Origin: Bacteriovoracia bacterium
Lineage (GTDB): Bacteria; Bdellovibrionota; UBA1018; JBFWNL01
Direction of reading: 5' to 3'
DNA: 64,000 nucleotides
Assembly: GCA_050251055.1 (NCBI GenBank)
Contig: JBFWNL010000002.1
Span: forward strand, 160,001 to 224,000
The notes under the pieces are model-generated. The model saw nothing but the letters and a program-made list of their open reading frames with translations, was not told where the DNA came from and made no database searches. Both the position numbers and the translations under genes were made by a program. Shown here piece after piece: positions 19,049 to 31,491 of the stretch (position 1 is the first letter of the stretch; the number at the start of each line of letters is the position of its first letter).

Positions 19049-21109
19049 ATGTTCACACGTCCGCACGCACGCACGGGATTCACGCTCTTGGAAGCGACGG
19101 TCGCGACCGGCGTGCTGGGAATTCTCAGCCTCGTTCTGGCGAATGTTTCTCAAAACGCCAACAAGATTTCCGTCCGTGCGATGCGTACCAGTGACTTCGA
19201 CGGCGCCATCGGCCTAATCCGTCAAGCCGTGACGGACGGAGTGGGTTGCCGGAATCTGTTCGCCAATTCACTCCAAGTAGGTGGGACCCCAGAGATTTTC
19301 TTCACTCCAAACGCCGCCGGAGCGGCGATCGATGCGCTTCGCTTGAATAACCAGGTCTATATGCAAAGGGGACAGCCCGTACCGGGCCTCACGGTTCGCG
19401 ACATTCGGCTCGTGGGACGCACCGATCTGGGTGATACGTCCGTGACCGTCACGGTGGCCGGAGTCCCCCGCACCATTTCCGCCCGCCGATGGGTTTCCAG
19501 TCTGCGGGTTTCCGCCGCCGAGGACCGTTCCACCGCGCAGGCCCGCAGCCTGGCTTCGACGGGCTCGGGTACACGCCAAGCGGAAATCGGCGTGCTCGTG
19601 ACTTCAGCGCGCAGCAACTCTTTCGGCATCCCCGAGGGAAGGGTACTCGAGTGCAGCGCCCAGGGGAGCGCACAGGACGTGTGTGAAAACCAGCTCGGCG
19701 GCCGCTACGACCCAGGCCAAAGCCCCAGCTGCATGCTGGATCAGGTGAACGTCACCGATGACTTTGCCTATCGAAACGACATGCAAAACCGGCTCGCCGT
19801 CGACGGCGCCCCCCTCCTTCACAAAGGGATCGCGGCCGAGGGCGACCTCGTGCTGGGTCACGTGGGAAACTCGGGCGCGCGCCGCTGGATGCATTTCGGA
19901 TTGCGCACCCCCCGGCCCATGGCCGGTAGCAGCTACTACAATTTCATTGGCGTCGGCATGCCGTGGTACGCGGGCGACCCCGCGAATACCTCATCCTCGC
20001 TGCAATTAGGCTTGATGGACAACAGCGTGGTCGCACCTCCGGCTGCTTCGAGCGGCCTGAATGTAGACGCCGTCCTCGGCGTCGTGGGCAAGTCATCGTC
20101 ACGGCTTCGACTCCAGCAGACATTTTCCGGCATCACCGGTCCCGCGCTCGATCGTGTTACCGCCGGAGTCGCCACCCCCGCGGCATGCGCTTCGGCAGGC
20201 CACAATCCGGCGTCGGATAGCTGCGCCGGACTGGTGAGCATCGGCAGCTTCGGGCCGAACGGCACGATTACCGGAAGCAGTGTGGATCTAGACGTGGCCG
20301 GCAAGATCACGATTTCGCGGGCGAACTCGGCCTTTCCAAGTACTCCAGCTGATTACGGCGCCGCGATTCGGGTCGAAGCGGCCCGCCCGCTACCCCAGAC
20401 TAACCCGCTGACTCCGGTGGGCGACATCCGGGGTCTGCTCCTCACCCGAAACGAAGATCTCGGCATTGATTCAGCCTATATTGGCCTCCGTAACCGACCC
20501 GCGACAGAGGTCCAGGCCGGTACTCCGGTGGGTCCCGATCGCAACGATCTCGTTCTCATCGTGGGGGATAACGACGGGCGAGGCACCGAAGAAAGCGACG
20601 GACGTGGGCCCGACGAAATCCGCCTTTTCTCGAAACATCACAGCGCTCCACTCAATGAGCTCGCCACTTTCAGCCCCAAGGGCGGTATTGGCGTCGGGCC
20701 TACCGCAGCGAACTTAATGACTATAAACGGCTCCGTGCGAATCGTGGACGGGAACCAAGGTGCAGGCAAAGTGCTGGTTTCGGATGCCGCCGGCAAGGGC
20801 GCATGGCAGCCTAGCCCGGGCATCGATCTGAGCCAAGCATCGGGGTCCGTCACCTGGGCGGCCGGCGTGAAGGGCGGCGGCGGCGGCAACAACTGGGGCG
20901 AGCCTTACCAGCAATGCTTGAGTACGAACGGAGCTGGCACCTGTACCGTGCACAACACGGGAACTCCGATCGCGCTTCTTGGTTGCAACAATGGGCACGG
21001 CCTCATGCACTTCGTGACGGGAAGCCGCGTGGGCGCGCCCCCGGCCGGCAACACCGATCCCCAGTGGACCACCACTTACTACCGCAGCTACTGCATCCCT
21101 CTACCTTGA
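19049..21109 (+). CDS. Large prepilin-type (class III signal) protein with a fibre/adhesin-like C-terminus
   Basis: G|FTLLE prepilin cleavage motif plus hydrophobic helix; later GKVLVSDAAGKGAWQ fibre-like motif; Cys-containing tip. Confidence 0.75.
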   Translation: MFTRPHARTGFTLLEATVATGVLGILSLVLANVSQNANKISVRAMRTSDFDGAIGLIRQAVTDGVGCRNLFANSLQVGGTPEIFFTPNAAGAAIDALRLNNQVYMQRGQPVPGLTVRDIRLVGRTDLGDTSVTVTVAGVPRTISARRWVSSLRVSAAEDRSTAQARSLASTGSGTRQAEIGVLVTSARSNSFGIPEGRVLECSAQGSAQDVCENQLGGRYDPGQSPSCMLDQVNVTDDFAYRNDMQNRLAVDGAPLLHKGIAAEGDLVLGHVGNSGARRWMHFGLRTPRPMAGSSYYNFIGVGMPWYAGDPANTSSSLQLGLMDNSVVAPPAASSGLNVDAVLGVVGKSSSRLRLQQTFSGITGPALDRVTAGVATPAACASAGHNPASDSCAGLVSIGSFGPNGTITGSSVDLDVAGKITISRANSAFPSTPADYGAAIRVEAARPLPQTNPLTPVGDIRGLLLTRNEDLGIDSAYIGLRNRPATEVQAGTPVGPDRNDLVLIVGDNDGRGTEESDGRGPDEIRLFSKHHSAPLNELATFSPKGGIGVGPTAANLMTINGSVRIVDGNQGAGKVLVSDAAGKGAWQPSPGIDLSQASGSVTWAAGVKGGGGGNNWGEPYQQCLSTNGAGTCTVHNTGTPIALLGCNNGHGLMHFVTGSRVGAPPAGNTDPQWTTTYYRSYCIPLP

Positions 21110-21122
21110 AGAAGCGAAACTA

Positions 21123-22328
21123 TTATTGATGATGGTGGAAAACGGACTCGCTGAGGCGTGGATCGCCGATGGCGAGCACATTGTGTTTGCCCAGGAAACG
21201 CGCCACCACGAGTCCAAACGCGCCCACGAATCCTAACGTGACGAGCAGCTCGAGCGGCACCACGCGGGGGCCGTCGGCAAAAAACTCCGGCTGCACCATC
21301 CACACCACGTCCACCCACTGGGCCACGAGCATCCACCAGGCCATGAAGGTGAGCAGCTTCACGTTCCGCTTCGCGTGACGCGAGATGAGCATCAAGAACG
21401 GAAAGATAAACTTGCCCACGAGCAAAAACACGGAAACGTAGCCCCACTCACCGGCGAAACGCTTCAGGAAATACCCCGTTTCTTCCGGCAGGTTGGCGTA
21501 CCAGATCAACATGAACTGGGAGAATCCGATATACGCCCAGAAAACCGTGAACACGAACATCCACTTACCGAGATCATGAATGTGATTGGAGTTCACCACG
21601 TCCTTCAAATGGCCGGTGCGGATGAGATAGAAGGTGAGCAACGTCAGCGCGGCATGAAACGAATACATCGCGCCCGCAAAGCAGTATACGCCGAACATGG
21701 TGCTAAACCAGTGTGGATCGAGCGACATGATTTGATCAAAGGCGATCATGGTGAATCCCACTCCGAACAAAATCAGGACGGGCGGCGACATCGTACGGTT
21801 CTTTGCCGTCAGCGCATAATCCTTAGTGGTGTCCTGCTTGATGGAGTTACCGATCATTTTCTTGGCGAAGAACCAGAGAAGAAACAGGGCGCCGAGATCC
21901 CGGATGATTAGGAAGTTCGAGGACAGGTAACCCGACTTGGCCTTGAGGATGATGTCGTTCTGCACGACCTCGGTATGGCTCCACTCGTAAATATGGTGGA
22001 TACCGACAAAAACCACGATCGAGCTAATGAGGGCGACCGGGAAGTAACTGGTAAAAGCCTCGCCGAGCCGCCGCACCGGCGCACTCCACATGGCCCCCGT
22101 GATCCACTGGATAGCGGCGAAAAAGAGACCCGCCACGCAGAGGGAGAAAAAGTAAAAGTGATTCACCACGAAGATCGACCAGGCACGCTTCTCTTCCATC
22201 TTCAGCAGGCCCAGGAACGAGCCGATTCCGATGACGACAAACACCCAGAACATCATCTTCATGCCGCCCGAGATCTGAAACGAACCCGGATTGCGGATTT
22301 CTTCCGAACCGTTATGCGCGTGTCCCAT
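21123..22328 (-). CDS. actF: Alternative complex III subunit ActF
   Basis: About 10 TMs; MSLDPHWFSTMFG, SQFMLIWYANLPEET; operon position. Confidence 0.9.
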   Translation of the reverse strand: MGHAHNGSEEIRNPGSFQISGGMKMMFWVFVVIGIGSFLGLLKMEEKRAWSIFVVNHFYFFSLCVAGLFFAAIQWITGAMWSAPVRRLGEAFTSYFPVALISSIVVFVGIHHIYEWSHTEVVQNDIILKAKSGYLSSNFLIIRDLGALFLLWFFAKKMIGNSIKQDTTKDYALTAKNRTMSPPVLILFGVGFTMIAFDQIMSLDPHWFSTMFGVYCFAGAMYSFHAALTLLTFYLIRTGHLKDVVNSNHIHDLGKWMFVFTVFWAYIGFSQFMLIWYANLPEETGYFLKRFAGEWGYVSVFLLVGKFIFPFLMLISRHAKRNVKLLTFMAWWMLVAQWVDVVWMVQPEFFADGPRVVPLELLVTLGFVGAFGLVVARFLGKHNVLAIGDPRLSESVFHHHQ

Positions 22329-22334
22329 AATTTC

Positions 22335-22898
22335 TTACCAGTCCTTTGCTGCCTTGAGGTCTTCTTCCGTCGGATGCTTCGCCCGCTGGATCGCGCGCAC
22401 GTAATGCACGATGGCCCAACGATCGGATACCTTGATCTGCGACGCGTAACTGGGCATCAGGTTCTGCCCCATGGTCATGACATGAAAGATGTTGCCGTCC
22501 TTCCAGTTCCGGACCTTGTCCGACTGCAGGGATGGCGGCTGCGGGAACTTCGGAACGACGCTCCCATTTCCCTCACCGAAAGGACCGTGACAAACGATGC
22601 AGTAAACATTGAACATCTCACGTCCACGTTGAAGGTTCGCCCGGGTCATGCTGAGGGGGTTGCGATTCTCCCCCGCCCGCTCGGCCGCGTTCTTATACGC
22701 GTAGATCTCGAAGTCGCGCGGAATGGTGCCCTTCACCGGCTGCCGCATGGACCCGATCTCCTGGGCCTTGAACGACGGCTGGTAAACCATGTCCGGCATG
22801 TAAATGAAATTCGGTTTCTCATGCTTGCCGCAGGCTACGGTCCCGAGGGCGAGGACCCCGGCCGCGCATGCCATAACGATTGGTGCGACTTTCTTCAT
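22335..22898 (-). CDS. actE: Alternative complex III monoheme lipoprotein ActE
   Basis: Lipobox TVA-C, YMPDM, CIVCHG, MPSYA, DRWAIVHYVR. Confidence 0.9.
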   Translation of the reverse strand: MKKVAPIVMACAAGVLALGTVACGKHEKPNFIYMPDMVYQPSFKAQEIGSMRQPVKGTIPRDFEIYAYKNAAERAGENRNPLSMTRANLQRGREMFNVYCIVCHGPFGEGNGSVVPKFPQPPSLQSDKVRNWKDGNIFHVMTMGQNLMPSYASQIKVSDRWAIVHYVRAIQRAKHPTEEDLKAAKDW

Positions 22899-22900
22899 GG

Positions 22901-23500
22901 CTAAAACCACCCTTCGTTAAATACCTTGCGCACATCCTTGGCTCCGGCTTGGGTCAGGAAACCCATGGCTTCCGTTTCATCGAATCTCTTCACCTTACCG
23001 CCACTCTCCGTCGCTCGATCCCGCTCATCCTGCGGCGCTTCGATATAGATAGCGAAGCGATCCCGCGTGATGGCCGGGTCGAAAATTTTTCGCGTAATGT
23101 TCGGCAGGCGATTGAAGAAGAACATGCCGAACACGGTGGCGATCCCCGTAAACAAGATCGTCAACTCGAACATCACCGGGACGAACGCCGGCCACGAGTT
23201 CATAGGTTTGCCGCCGACGTTAATCGGCCAGTCGATGACGGAAGTCCAATACTGGAGGCCGAAGCCGACCAAGCAGCCGGTGATGCCCGCGCCGAAGGAC
23301 ACGTAAGGCAGGAGCGAGCGTTTCAGCCCCTGCGCCTCGTCCATCCCGTGGATCGGGAAAGGCGTGAAAGCGTCGTAGGCGCGGTACTTCGCGTCGCGGA
23401 CCTTTTCCATGGCGTGGAGGATGGATTCGGGATCATCAAAGAACCCGAGCACACCCGCGAGTTGATTCTTAGGTTGCGAGGAATGTGAAGCCGAGCTCAT
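22901..23500 (-). CDS. actD: Alternative complex III subunit ActD (DUF3341)
   Basis: TPFPIHG, WPINVGGKP, PAFVPVMFELTIL. Confidence 0.9.
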   Translation of the reverse strand: MSSASHSSQPKNQLAGVLGFFDDPESILHAMEKVRDAKYRAYDAFTPFPIHGMDEAQGLKRSLLPYVSFGAGITGCLVGFGLQYWTSVIDWPINVGGKPMNSWPAFVPVMFELTILFTGIATVFGMFFFNRLPNITRKIFDPAITRDRFAIYIEAPQDERDRATESGGKVKRFDETEAMGFLTQAGAKDVRKVFNEGWF

Positions 23501-23503
23501 GGA

Positions 23504-24863
<1,360 letters not shown>

Positions 24864-24877
<14 letters not shown>

Positions 24878-27800
24878 GATGATCTCCTGCGGCTTCCGCA
24901 CGGTTGCGAACCTTGGATAGGTAAGTGATGGCGGGCTTGGTGTTGAGCACTTCGAGCACCCGCATCGCGCGCTGATCCTTGGCGAGCTTGGCGACCGCCG
25001 ACTCCGGGTCGTTCAGGTCACCGAACACGATCGCGTTTGTCGAGCAGGTCTGCTGGCAGGCCGGCTTGATCATGCCGTCCTTGAGCTTGATGCCCAGATC
25101 CTTCGCCTTGCTCTTGCCTTCTTGGATCCGCTGTACGCAGAACGTGCATTTTTCCATGACCCCCCGGCCACGCACGGTGACGTCAGGGTTCCAGGCGTTA
25201 TGCATCGGTTCTTGATAGTCCTTCCAATGATCGAAGAAGTTGAATCGACGGACCTTATAAGGACAGTTGTTCTGGCAATAACGGGTACCCACGCAGCGGT
25301 TGTAGGTCATCTCGTTCAGACCTTCATCGCTGTGGACGGTGGCCAAGACCGGGCAGACCGTTTCACAGGGTGCGTTGTCGCAGTGCTGGCAGAGCATGGG
25401 TTGGAAAACCACGCTCGGCGCATCCGCCGGGCCCGAGTAGTAGCGATCCATGCGGATCCAGTGCATCTGGCGGCTGACGCGAACGCGATCGCGGCCCACG
25501 ACCGGAATATTGTTCTCCGCCTGACAAGCCACCGTACAGGCGCCGCAACCGGTGCAGGCGTTGAGATCGATGCTCATGCCCCACTTGTGGCCTTTGTACT
25601 TGTGCTCCGACCAAAGCGTGCGAGTGAACGTGTCGTGCTTCAGATGCGGATCGGTGTGCATCGTGTAGCCGGGGTTCTTCCGGTAGGTCGCCAGGGTCAT
25701 TTCATTATAGATGGGGCGATCGTTGCCCATGACGTTGATGGTGTTCGACCACTGCGCGCGGGCAACCGAATAACGAGTGCCGGTCTTGGTGACCGAGACT
25801 TCCGCGCCGGAGAAGATCAGTTGGCCGTTCTTCTCGGTGACGAAATGAGTCATGTCCTTACCCGCGCCGTTGCCGACCAGGCCCGCCGCCGTGCGCCCGT
25901 AGCCCAAAGCCACGCTCACCGCGTTCGGATGCATGCCCGGTTGCACGACCACCGGAAGGATCACGGAGTCGTCCGCCTGGCCGCCCTTCGGGGTCACGCG
26001 TACGACATCGTCATCGGTCACACCCAACTGCTTAGCCGTGGCCGGGCCGATGTTAATGTAATTGTCCCAGGTCGCCGTGGAAATCGGATCTGGCAGCTCC
26101 TGCAGCCAAGCGTTGTTGGCGAAACGACCGTCGCCGATCGTGCCTTTCTCGTACAGGGCCAAGCGCAAGCCTTCTCCCCCACTCTTCGCATAGGCCGGAA
26201 CACGGCTGAGGCTCGCGGCGCGGAAGCTACCTCCACTCGCCGAGGGCACCGCGGCCAGCACGACGCCCTTCTGCAAGGACGCGTCCCAAAACTCGTCGAA
26301 CCCGCGACCGGCGCCGAAGCGGCCGTGCATCGTTTGCTTCCATTGATTCTTCAAGTACGCGTGCCAATCACTGCCTTCACCCAGCTTCTTGCCGGACCAG
26401 GCGAGCAAGCAGTCCTGGAACGAGCGCGTGTCGTACATCGGCGCGATCGTCGGCTGCTGCAAGCTGTACACGCCCCGGCGAGCCGAAGCATCGCCCCAGC
26501 TCTCGAGGCCGTGGTTTTCCGCGGCCACGAAGTGCGCGTGCTTGGCGGTTTCGTCCACGCGATCGGCGACCGCGACCACCATCCCCACCTTCTTGAGCGC
26601 GGCTTCGAAACCGAGCGAAGCCGGGAGGTTATAAACGGGATTCAAGCGGTGAATGATGAGCGCCGAGACTTGGCCCGCGTTCATTTCCGCGATCAACTTC
26701 TTCACGCCCGCGAAGCTCGCGCGCTTGTCGACGGCTTGGCCGGCGACATCGATGGTGCGGCCGTAGTTGCCGAGCTCGACGTTGAGCGCGATGAGCGCGA
26801 TCTGAAGCCCCAGCGCGTTCGCGTCCCGCGACGTCAGGCCGCCGCCGACCACGATCGACTTACCGCGATTATGATGAAGGCCCGAGGCCACTTCTTTGAT
26901 CTTCGCGACCGTAACTTGTCCGCCCAGCTCACCCGCCACCGCTTCCGGCGTGTAGCCGCCCAGGGCCGAGTTACCGGCCGTCTTGCCACCGAGGCGCATC
27001 ACTTCGTGCGTGAGGGCGCCAACGATCTTCAGCTCCGCGCCGACCGGGATGATTACGCGCTCATCGGCGTTGGCGCCGGTGAGGCTCATCACCGATTCGA
27101 AAATCGTGAGCTTGGACATCTCCGCTTTCTTCGGGTCCTGCTTGTCGAGTACGCGCCGCTTGGTCCAATCGTTGGTGTGCTCGAGCGGGTTAATCCACTC
27201 GCCCAGGAAATCGGCGCCCACACTCACCACTTCCTCGGCATGCTGGAAATGGAAATGGGGCTGCACGCGGGAGCCGAAGGCGATCTCGTGCGCATCCCAC
27301 ATTTCTTCCAGACCGTGTGGCTCAAATTCAATGTGCTGGGCGCTTGAGCCGCCCAAACCGCGCAAGAACTCGCCAATCAAGGCCGTGGTCGAAGGCCCAA
27401 TGACTTCATCGCTCAGGATGCGCACGCCCTTGCCGTTCGCGCGCAGCTTTTTCATGATTTCGCCGTCGAGCTGATCCCAGGTCGCCTTGTTTCCGCCGGC
27501 CATCGGGTGGCGGAGGCGATCCGGATCGTAGAGGCCCAACACCGAAGCCTGGCCCTTCGAGCACAAACCACCACGGTTCAACGGGTGGTCGGGGTTGCCT
27601 TCGAGCTTGATCGGACGGCCTTCGCGCGTCTTCACGAGCGTCCCGCAACCGGTCGAGCACTCTTGGCACGTCGAAGCGTAATGGTTCGCCACGCCGGGCA
27701 CGATTTCCTCGGGCTTTACGACGTACGGGATAATCTTGTGCACTGGGCGCCGCGCGCAAGCCATCGTGGCCATCGCCATGCTGGCGCCCATGATGGTCAT

Positions 27801-27983
27801 GAAGTCGCGCCGAGCGAGGCCGGCCTTGTCGAGACGATCGATCATGCCGATCGTTTCGATGGGCTTGTGCAGGAACTCCTGCTCACGTTTTTCCATGGCT
27901 TGGGCGTCTTCCCAATAGCTCGCATCGAGCTCTTGCATCGACTGCCAATACCGAGGGGGGGTGAAGTCTTTGTTCTTTTCCAT
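24864..27983 (-). CDS. actB: Alternative complex III ActB (molybdopterin oxidoreductase-like plus 4Fe-4S domain)
   Basis: YWQSMQEL N-terminus, TAT motif [46 protein letters not shown]. Confidence 0.94.
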
Positions 27984-27995
27984 AATCGTCGCGTC

Positions 27996-28613
27996 CTAGT
28001 AGTGACAGGTTGAGCAGTTGACGGGAGCCACGTGCAGGCCCGTGGGATCCGCCACGTCGGGATGTATCCGCTTAGCCACGTCGGGCGGCGTGGTCTTGCC
28101 ACGATGGCAATCCAGACACCACCCCATGCTCAGCGATGCATGCTGATAAACTTTCGCCATCGTCTGCACTTCTCCGTGGCAGGTTTGGCAAGCTACGCCC
28201 TTCTGCACGTGACGGGCGTGATTGAAGAAAACGAAATCCGGCAGCTCATGGATGCGTACCCACTCCACGGGTTTGCCTTCGTTATAGTGCTCATGCAGTT
28301 TTTGGATCCAAGGGCTGTCGGTCTTCACGACCCGATGGCAATTCATGCACGTCCCCACCGCGGGAATCGAGGCGTGGCGGGATTTATCGGCAGCCGTGTG
28401 GCAGTAGCGGCAATCAATTTTCAAATCACCCGCGTGTTGTTTATGACTGAATGGGATTGGCTGCGTGGGCGCGTAACCTTGATTGGAAGCGCTCGGAAAA
28501 ACCGCGGCGACCGTTGCGATACCTACTCCGCCCATCACGACCACTGCGATTACAAGCAGCAGTTTTTGCGCGACGGACAGCGAGCCCAAGCCAAAACCAG
28601 AGTTGCCAGACAT
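27996..28613 (-). CDS. actA: Alternative complex III pentaheme cytochrome ActA
   Basis: GYAPTQPIPFSH; five CxxCH motifs (CRYCH, CMNCH, CQTCH, CLDCH, CSTCH). Confidence 0.93.
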   Translation of the reverse strand: MSGNSGFGLGSLSVAQKLLLVIAVVVMGGVGIATVAAVFPSASNQGYAPTQPIPFSHKQHAGDLKIDCRYCHTAADKSRHASIPAVGTCMNCHRVVKTDSPWIQKLHEHYNEGKPVEWVRIHELPDFVFFNHARHVQKGVACQTCHGEVQTMAKVYQHASLSMGWCLDCHRGKTTPPDVAKRIHPDVADPTGLHVAPVNCSTCHY

Positions 28614-28626
28614 GTGCACCCACCGT

Positions 28627-28658
28627 TTATAGTTATGTAATAATTGACAAAACTATAA
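28627..28658. promoter_or_regulatory. Candidate operator (11/12 inverted repeat, 8-bp spacer) just upstream of actA
   Basis: TTATAGTTATGT-N8-ACAAAACTATAA in an AT-rich intergenic stretch. Confidence 0.45.
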
Positions 28659-28771
28659 CTCACGTCGGGTGGACTTCTTAGGTTTTTTTTAGGAATGGAG
28701 AAAAAAATCCGGGTGGCCCAAGCGAATGGCGACACTGAATATCGTATTTGAAATTTTGCGCAACTGGAGCG

Positions 28772-29395
28772 TTATTCGCCTACCGCGTCGCAACGACCGC
28801 GCATCAAATCCAGGTCGAAAATACGCCCGATATCGTCTGCCAGCTTGGGATTCGTGAAGTATTGGCAAATGGCGAGCGTACAGGTCGTATTACACTCGAG
28901 CAGGTAGCTGCTGAGCTGAAAACCGCGATCGGACGTCGAACCGATATTGAAGAGGCCCGTTTTGTATTCCTGCGCGCTGATTTGGGCCTTCAGACACTTG
29001 AGTGCCGGCACTTCGACGCCGGGCTGGGCGGCGATGCCGATATCCAAAAGCGAAGCACCGAAGTTTTTGCCGCAACTTGCCTGCATCGAGCTAAAGGCGT
29101 GCTCGGTGAGCTCCTGGCGACGCTCAAGTGGAAGCGCGGTCGTCCGGAGATTTTCCATGTGGTTTTCCGATTTATAGCCTTCCAGCAAGCTCTTCGCGAT
29201 GCTCACCCCGGTCTTGCATGCGGCCTGAGTGTGAGCCTCCGTGGAAAGGCGTACGCATTCGTCTTGGGCGTAAATCACGGCTTCGTTGCTGGTCGAGTTA
29301 CAGCCGATTAGGGTGAAGATCCCCATCATGGCGACCCCGAAGACCCCAGCCAGGAACTCATTTTCCGTCCAGCGACGCTGCTTGTGGTTTTCCAT
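28772..29395 (-). CDS. Hypothetical Cys-rich lipoprotein-like protein
   Basis: Hydrophobic segment ending LIG-C; multiple Cys. Confidence 0.55.
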   Translation of the reverse strand: MENHKQRRWTENEFLAGVFGVAMMGIFTLIGCNSTSNEAVIYAQDECVRLSTEAHTQAACKTGVSIAKSLLEGYKSENHMENLRTTALPLERRQELTEHAFSSMQASCGKNFGASLLDIGIAAQPGVEVPALKCLKAQISAQEYKTGLFNIGSTSDRGFQLSSYLLECNTTCTLAICQYFTNPKLADDIGRIFDLDLMRGRCDAVGE

Positions 29396-29489
29396 CGCCC
29401 CGAGTTCTATCAAAGGGAGTAGTAGTTGACAATAAAAATATACTATTGCCGTAAATCAAAAATAGTAAAATAATTACAACAACTTAAGA

Positions 29490-30242
29490 CTACTCTGTTT
29501 TAGTCAGCTCCAGGCCCGGAAGAGGAAGGGTGGAAACGGTTTCCTCAAAAGTCTCGTAGGACGCCTCCCCCGGCAAAATCTCGCTTTGGATGTCTTCCCC
29601 CGCTAGTGCGGCAGGCTTTACGCTTTTGAGTACCGGCGCCCGCAGTCCCGTTCCCGTGATGCCGGATTCCAACCGAATCGACTTCACGGCATTCCACGCT
29701 GCTTCCGTGTCGCCGGGGCCCACGTAGTGCGAGAACAGCATCCGGGATTTCCCAGGCGCGACTTCACGCCGCCCAACCCATAGATCCAAAGTATTTTGCG
29801 AGTTCGTAATGAAAGAACCAATCACCTGAAGGCGAACGATTCCCCCGTCCGAGGTCATTCCCCGGCCGTCGATTTTCAGGAGATTCCGGCGGATTTTACC
29901 CAAAACCTTCACCTGGGCTTCGAAAGTCAATTCGTAGACGAAACGCCCTAGTTCGTCGCGTTTTACCAAGCTCGGCTTTACCTTACGGGCTTCCTCGCCG
30001 TGCTTCACTATCGTATTCCGGTCGCCGATCTCGAAGCCCACCAATTCGTGATTCTCGGCATCGACCAAGATATAAATTGGAATATCCCCTTTGACCCGAT
30101 CCTGCCCGATGAAATCCGCATCCAGCGTCAGCGTGGTCGCGTGCACGCGGATCAACCTCCCCTCCGCGTTCGCTACCAGCGGGAGGCCCGCCCCAAAGAA
30201 CACTCCTAACGAAAATACCCAAAGAAAGACGCGTCGATTCAT
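29490..30242 (-). CDS. Hypothetical secreted protein
   Basis: Signal peptide ending ANA; host-like codon usage. Confidence 0.65.
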   Translation of the reverse strand: MNRRVFLWVFSLGVFFGAGLPLVANAEGRLIRVHATTLTLDADFIGQDRVKGDIPIYILVDAENHELVGFEIGDRNTIVKHGEEARKVKPSLVKRDELGRFVYELTFEAQVKVLGKIRRNLLKIDGRGMTSDGGIVRLQVIGSFITNSQNTLDLWVGRREVAPGKSRMLFSHYVGPGDTEAAWNAVKSIRLESGITGTGLRAPVLKSVKPAALAGEDIQSEILPGEASYETFEETVSTLPLPGLELTKTE

Positions 30243-31402
30243 CCGTCGTTACCCCACAACTCAGGGATTCGTACGCGAGAACGGCTTCGCTGACAATATG
30301 CGCCAAAATTTTTATACCCCCGGCCAGGGCGCGAGCGCGTCTGCTTAACCCTTTGAAAACAATAACAAATAGATGGATCTAGCTGGAGTGAGGAGGGGTT
30401 ACTAATTCTGTGCCCGCTTGGATCAAATAATCCCCTGGTCAACAGATATCTTTCAGCTATGTCTACTGCCGTAGTTTGCTCGTTTTGTGAAAGCACAAAG
30501 TACGGTCTAAATGGATTTTCATGGTGACAACGGATCTGTTTATCAAGCATTTCGCCGAGGTTCGTTTCAGTTTCACCGGACCGATTCGCATACGACCTCA
30601 TAGCCCTTTTTATTTCGGCGTGCGGCACACCCAATGCCAGCCCCTCTCTCGCAACCAGCAGCAATGTGTTATTTCGCCCTCCAAACCTATTCCTACCTCC
30701 GCTATGTAATGGCAGATTATCTGTCCAACATGCAAACGCTCCAAAATCATTCAATACGTAAGCAAACTCATCGGTTCCCGCCTTTCTCACACCACCTGAA
30801 AATGCAGCGATTAGCTGAGAACAAGAGTATTTTCTGTCCGTGATTTGCTCTACCGTTACCAAGTAAGGATTCGAAGTATCTTTGTTGTGAAAAAAACCAG
30901 GCAATCTCATTAGCCTTGATAGATCGTTCACCTTAGGATCTGTACCGAGTTGCCTTGAAATTTGTTTTTGAATTTTTCCAAACGCCTGAAGCTCTAGCCC
31001 ATGTGTTAGCCAGTAAAAATGCTGTCCGCGCTTTGATCTTACCGTAATAGATGGTTGTAGAGGAATTTGGACTTTAATATCTCCGTCATCACCGTCAGCA
31101 AATACTGCACGAACAGAAACAACATCACTACTACGTCTTCGTGCTGCCCTTGTTTTATTAACCGTAAAGAATATACCTGCGCCTCTTGCGTTTAGGTTCG
31201 CCAGCGAATCCACATGCTCATGGAAACTTCCATAAAAGCTCCTCCTTAAATCTGGACTCCTTTGACCACCTTTAGGAGATTCATCGAAGGTTTCAAAAAC
31301 CCACAGGGCTTCTTGGCCTCCACTCAAGACATCCAAGAATTTTCCTGCTGCTTCCAAGTCAATTTGAGATTTCATTTGCGCCTCCAAAATGTTTGTTCGC
31401 AT
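30239..31402 (-). pseudogene. RepB-type/AEP DNA primase, C-terminally truncated, reading through into host DNA
   Basis: GIFFTVN, VRAVFADGD, SKRGQHFYW, VNDLSRLMRLPGFFHNK, GGRNNTL; no helicase domain; tail crosses the composition boundary. Confidence 0.75.
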
Positions 31403-31491
31403 GGAGCACAGATGTCAGGAGGGGAAAAGAAAGACGAAGGACAACTGATTCGCAACAAACCTCAAATGTCCGGGGATGCTGCGTCAATCAC

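Noticed and set aside
25122-27347. 741-aa plus-strand ORF
   Set aside because: Antisense shadow of actB caused by GC-rich codon bias; no recognisable motifs
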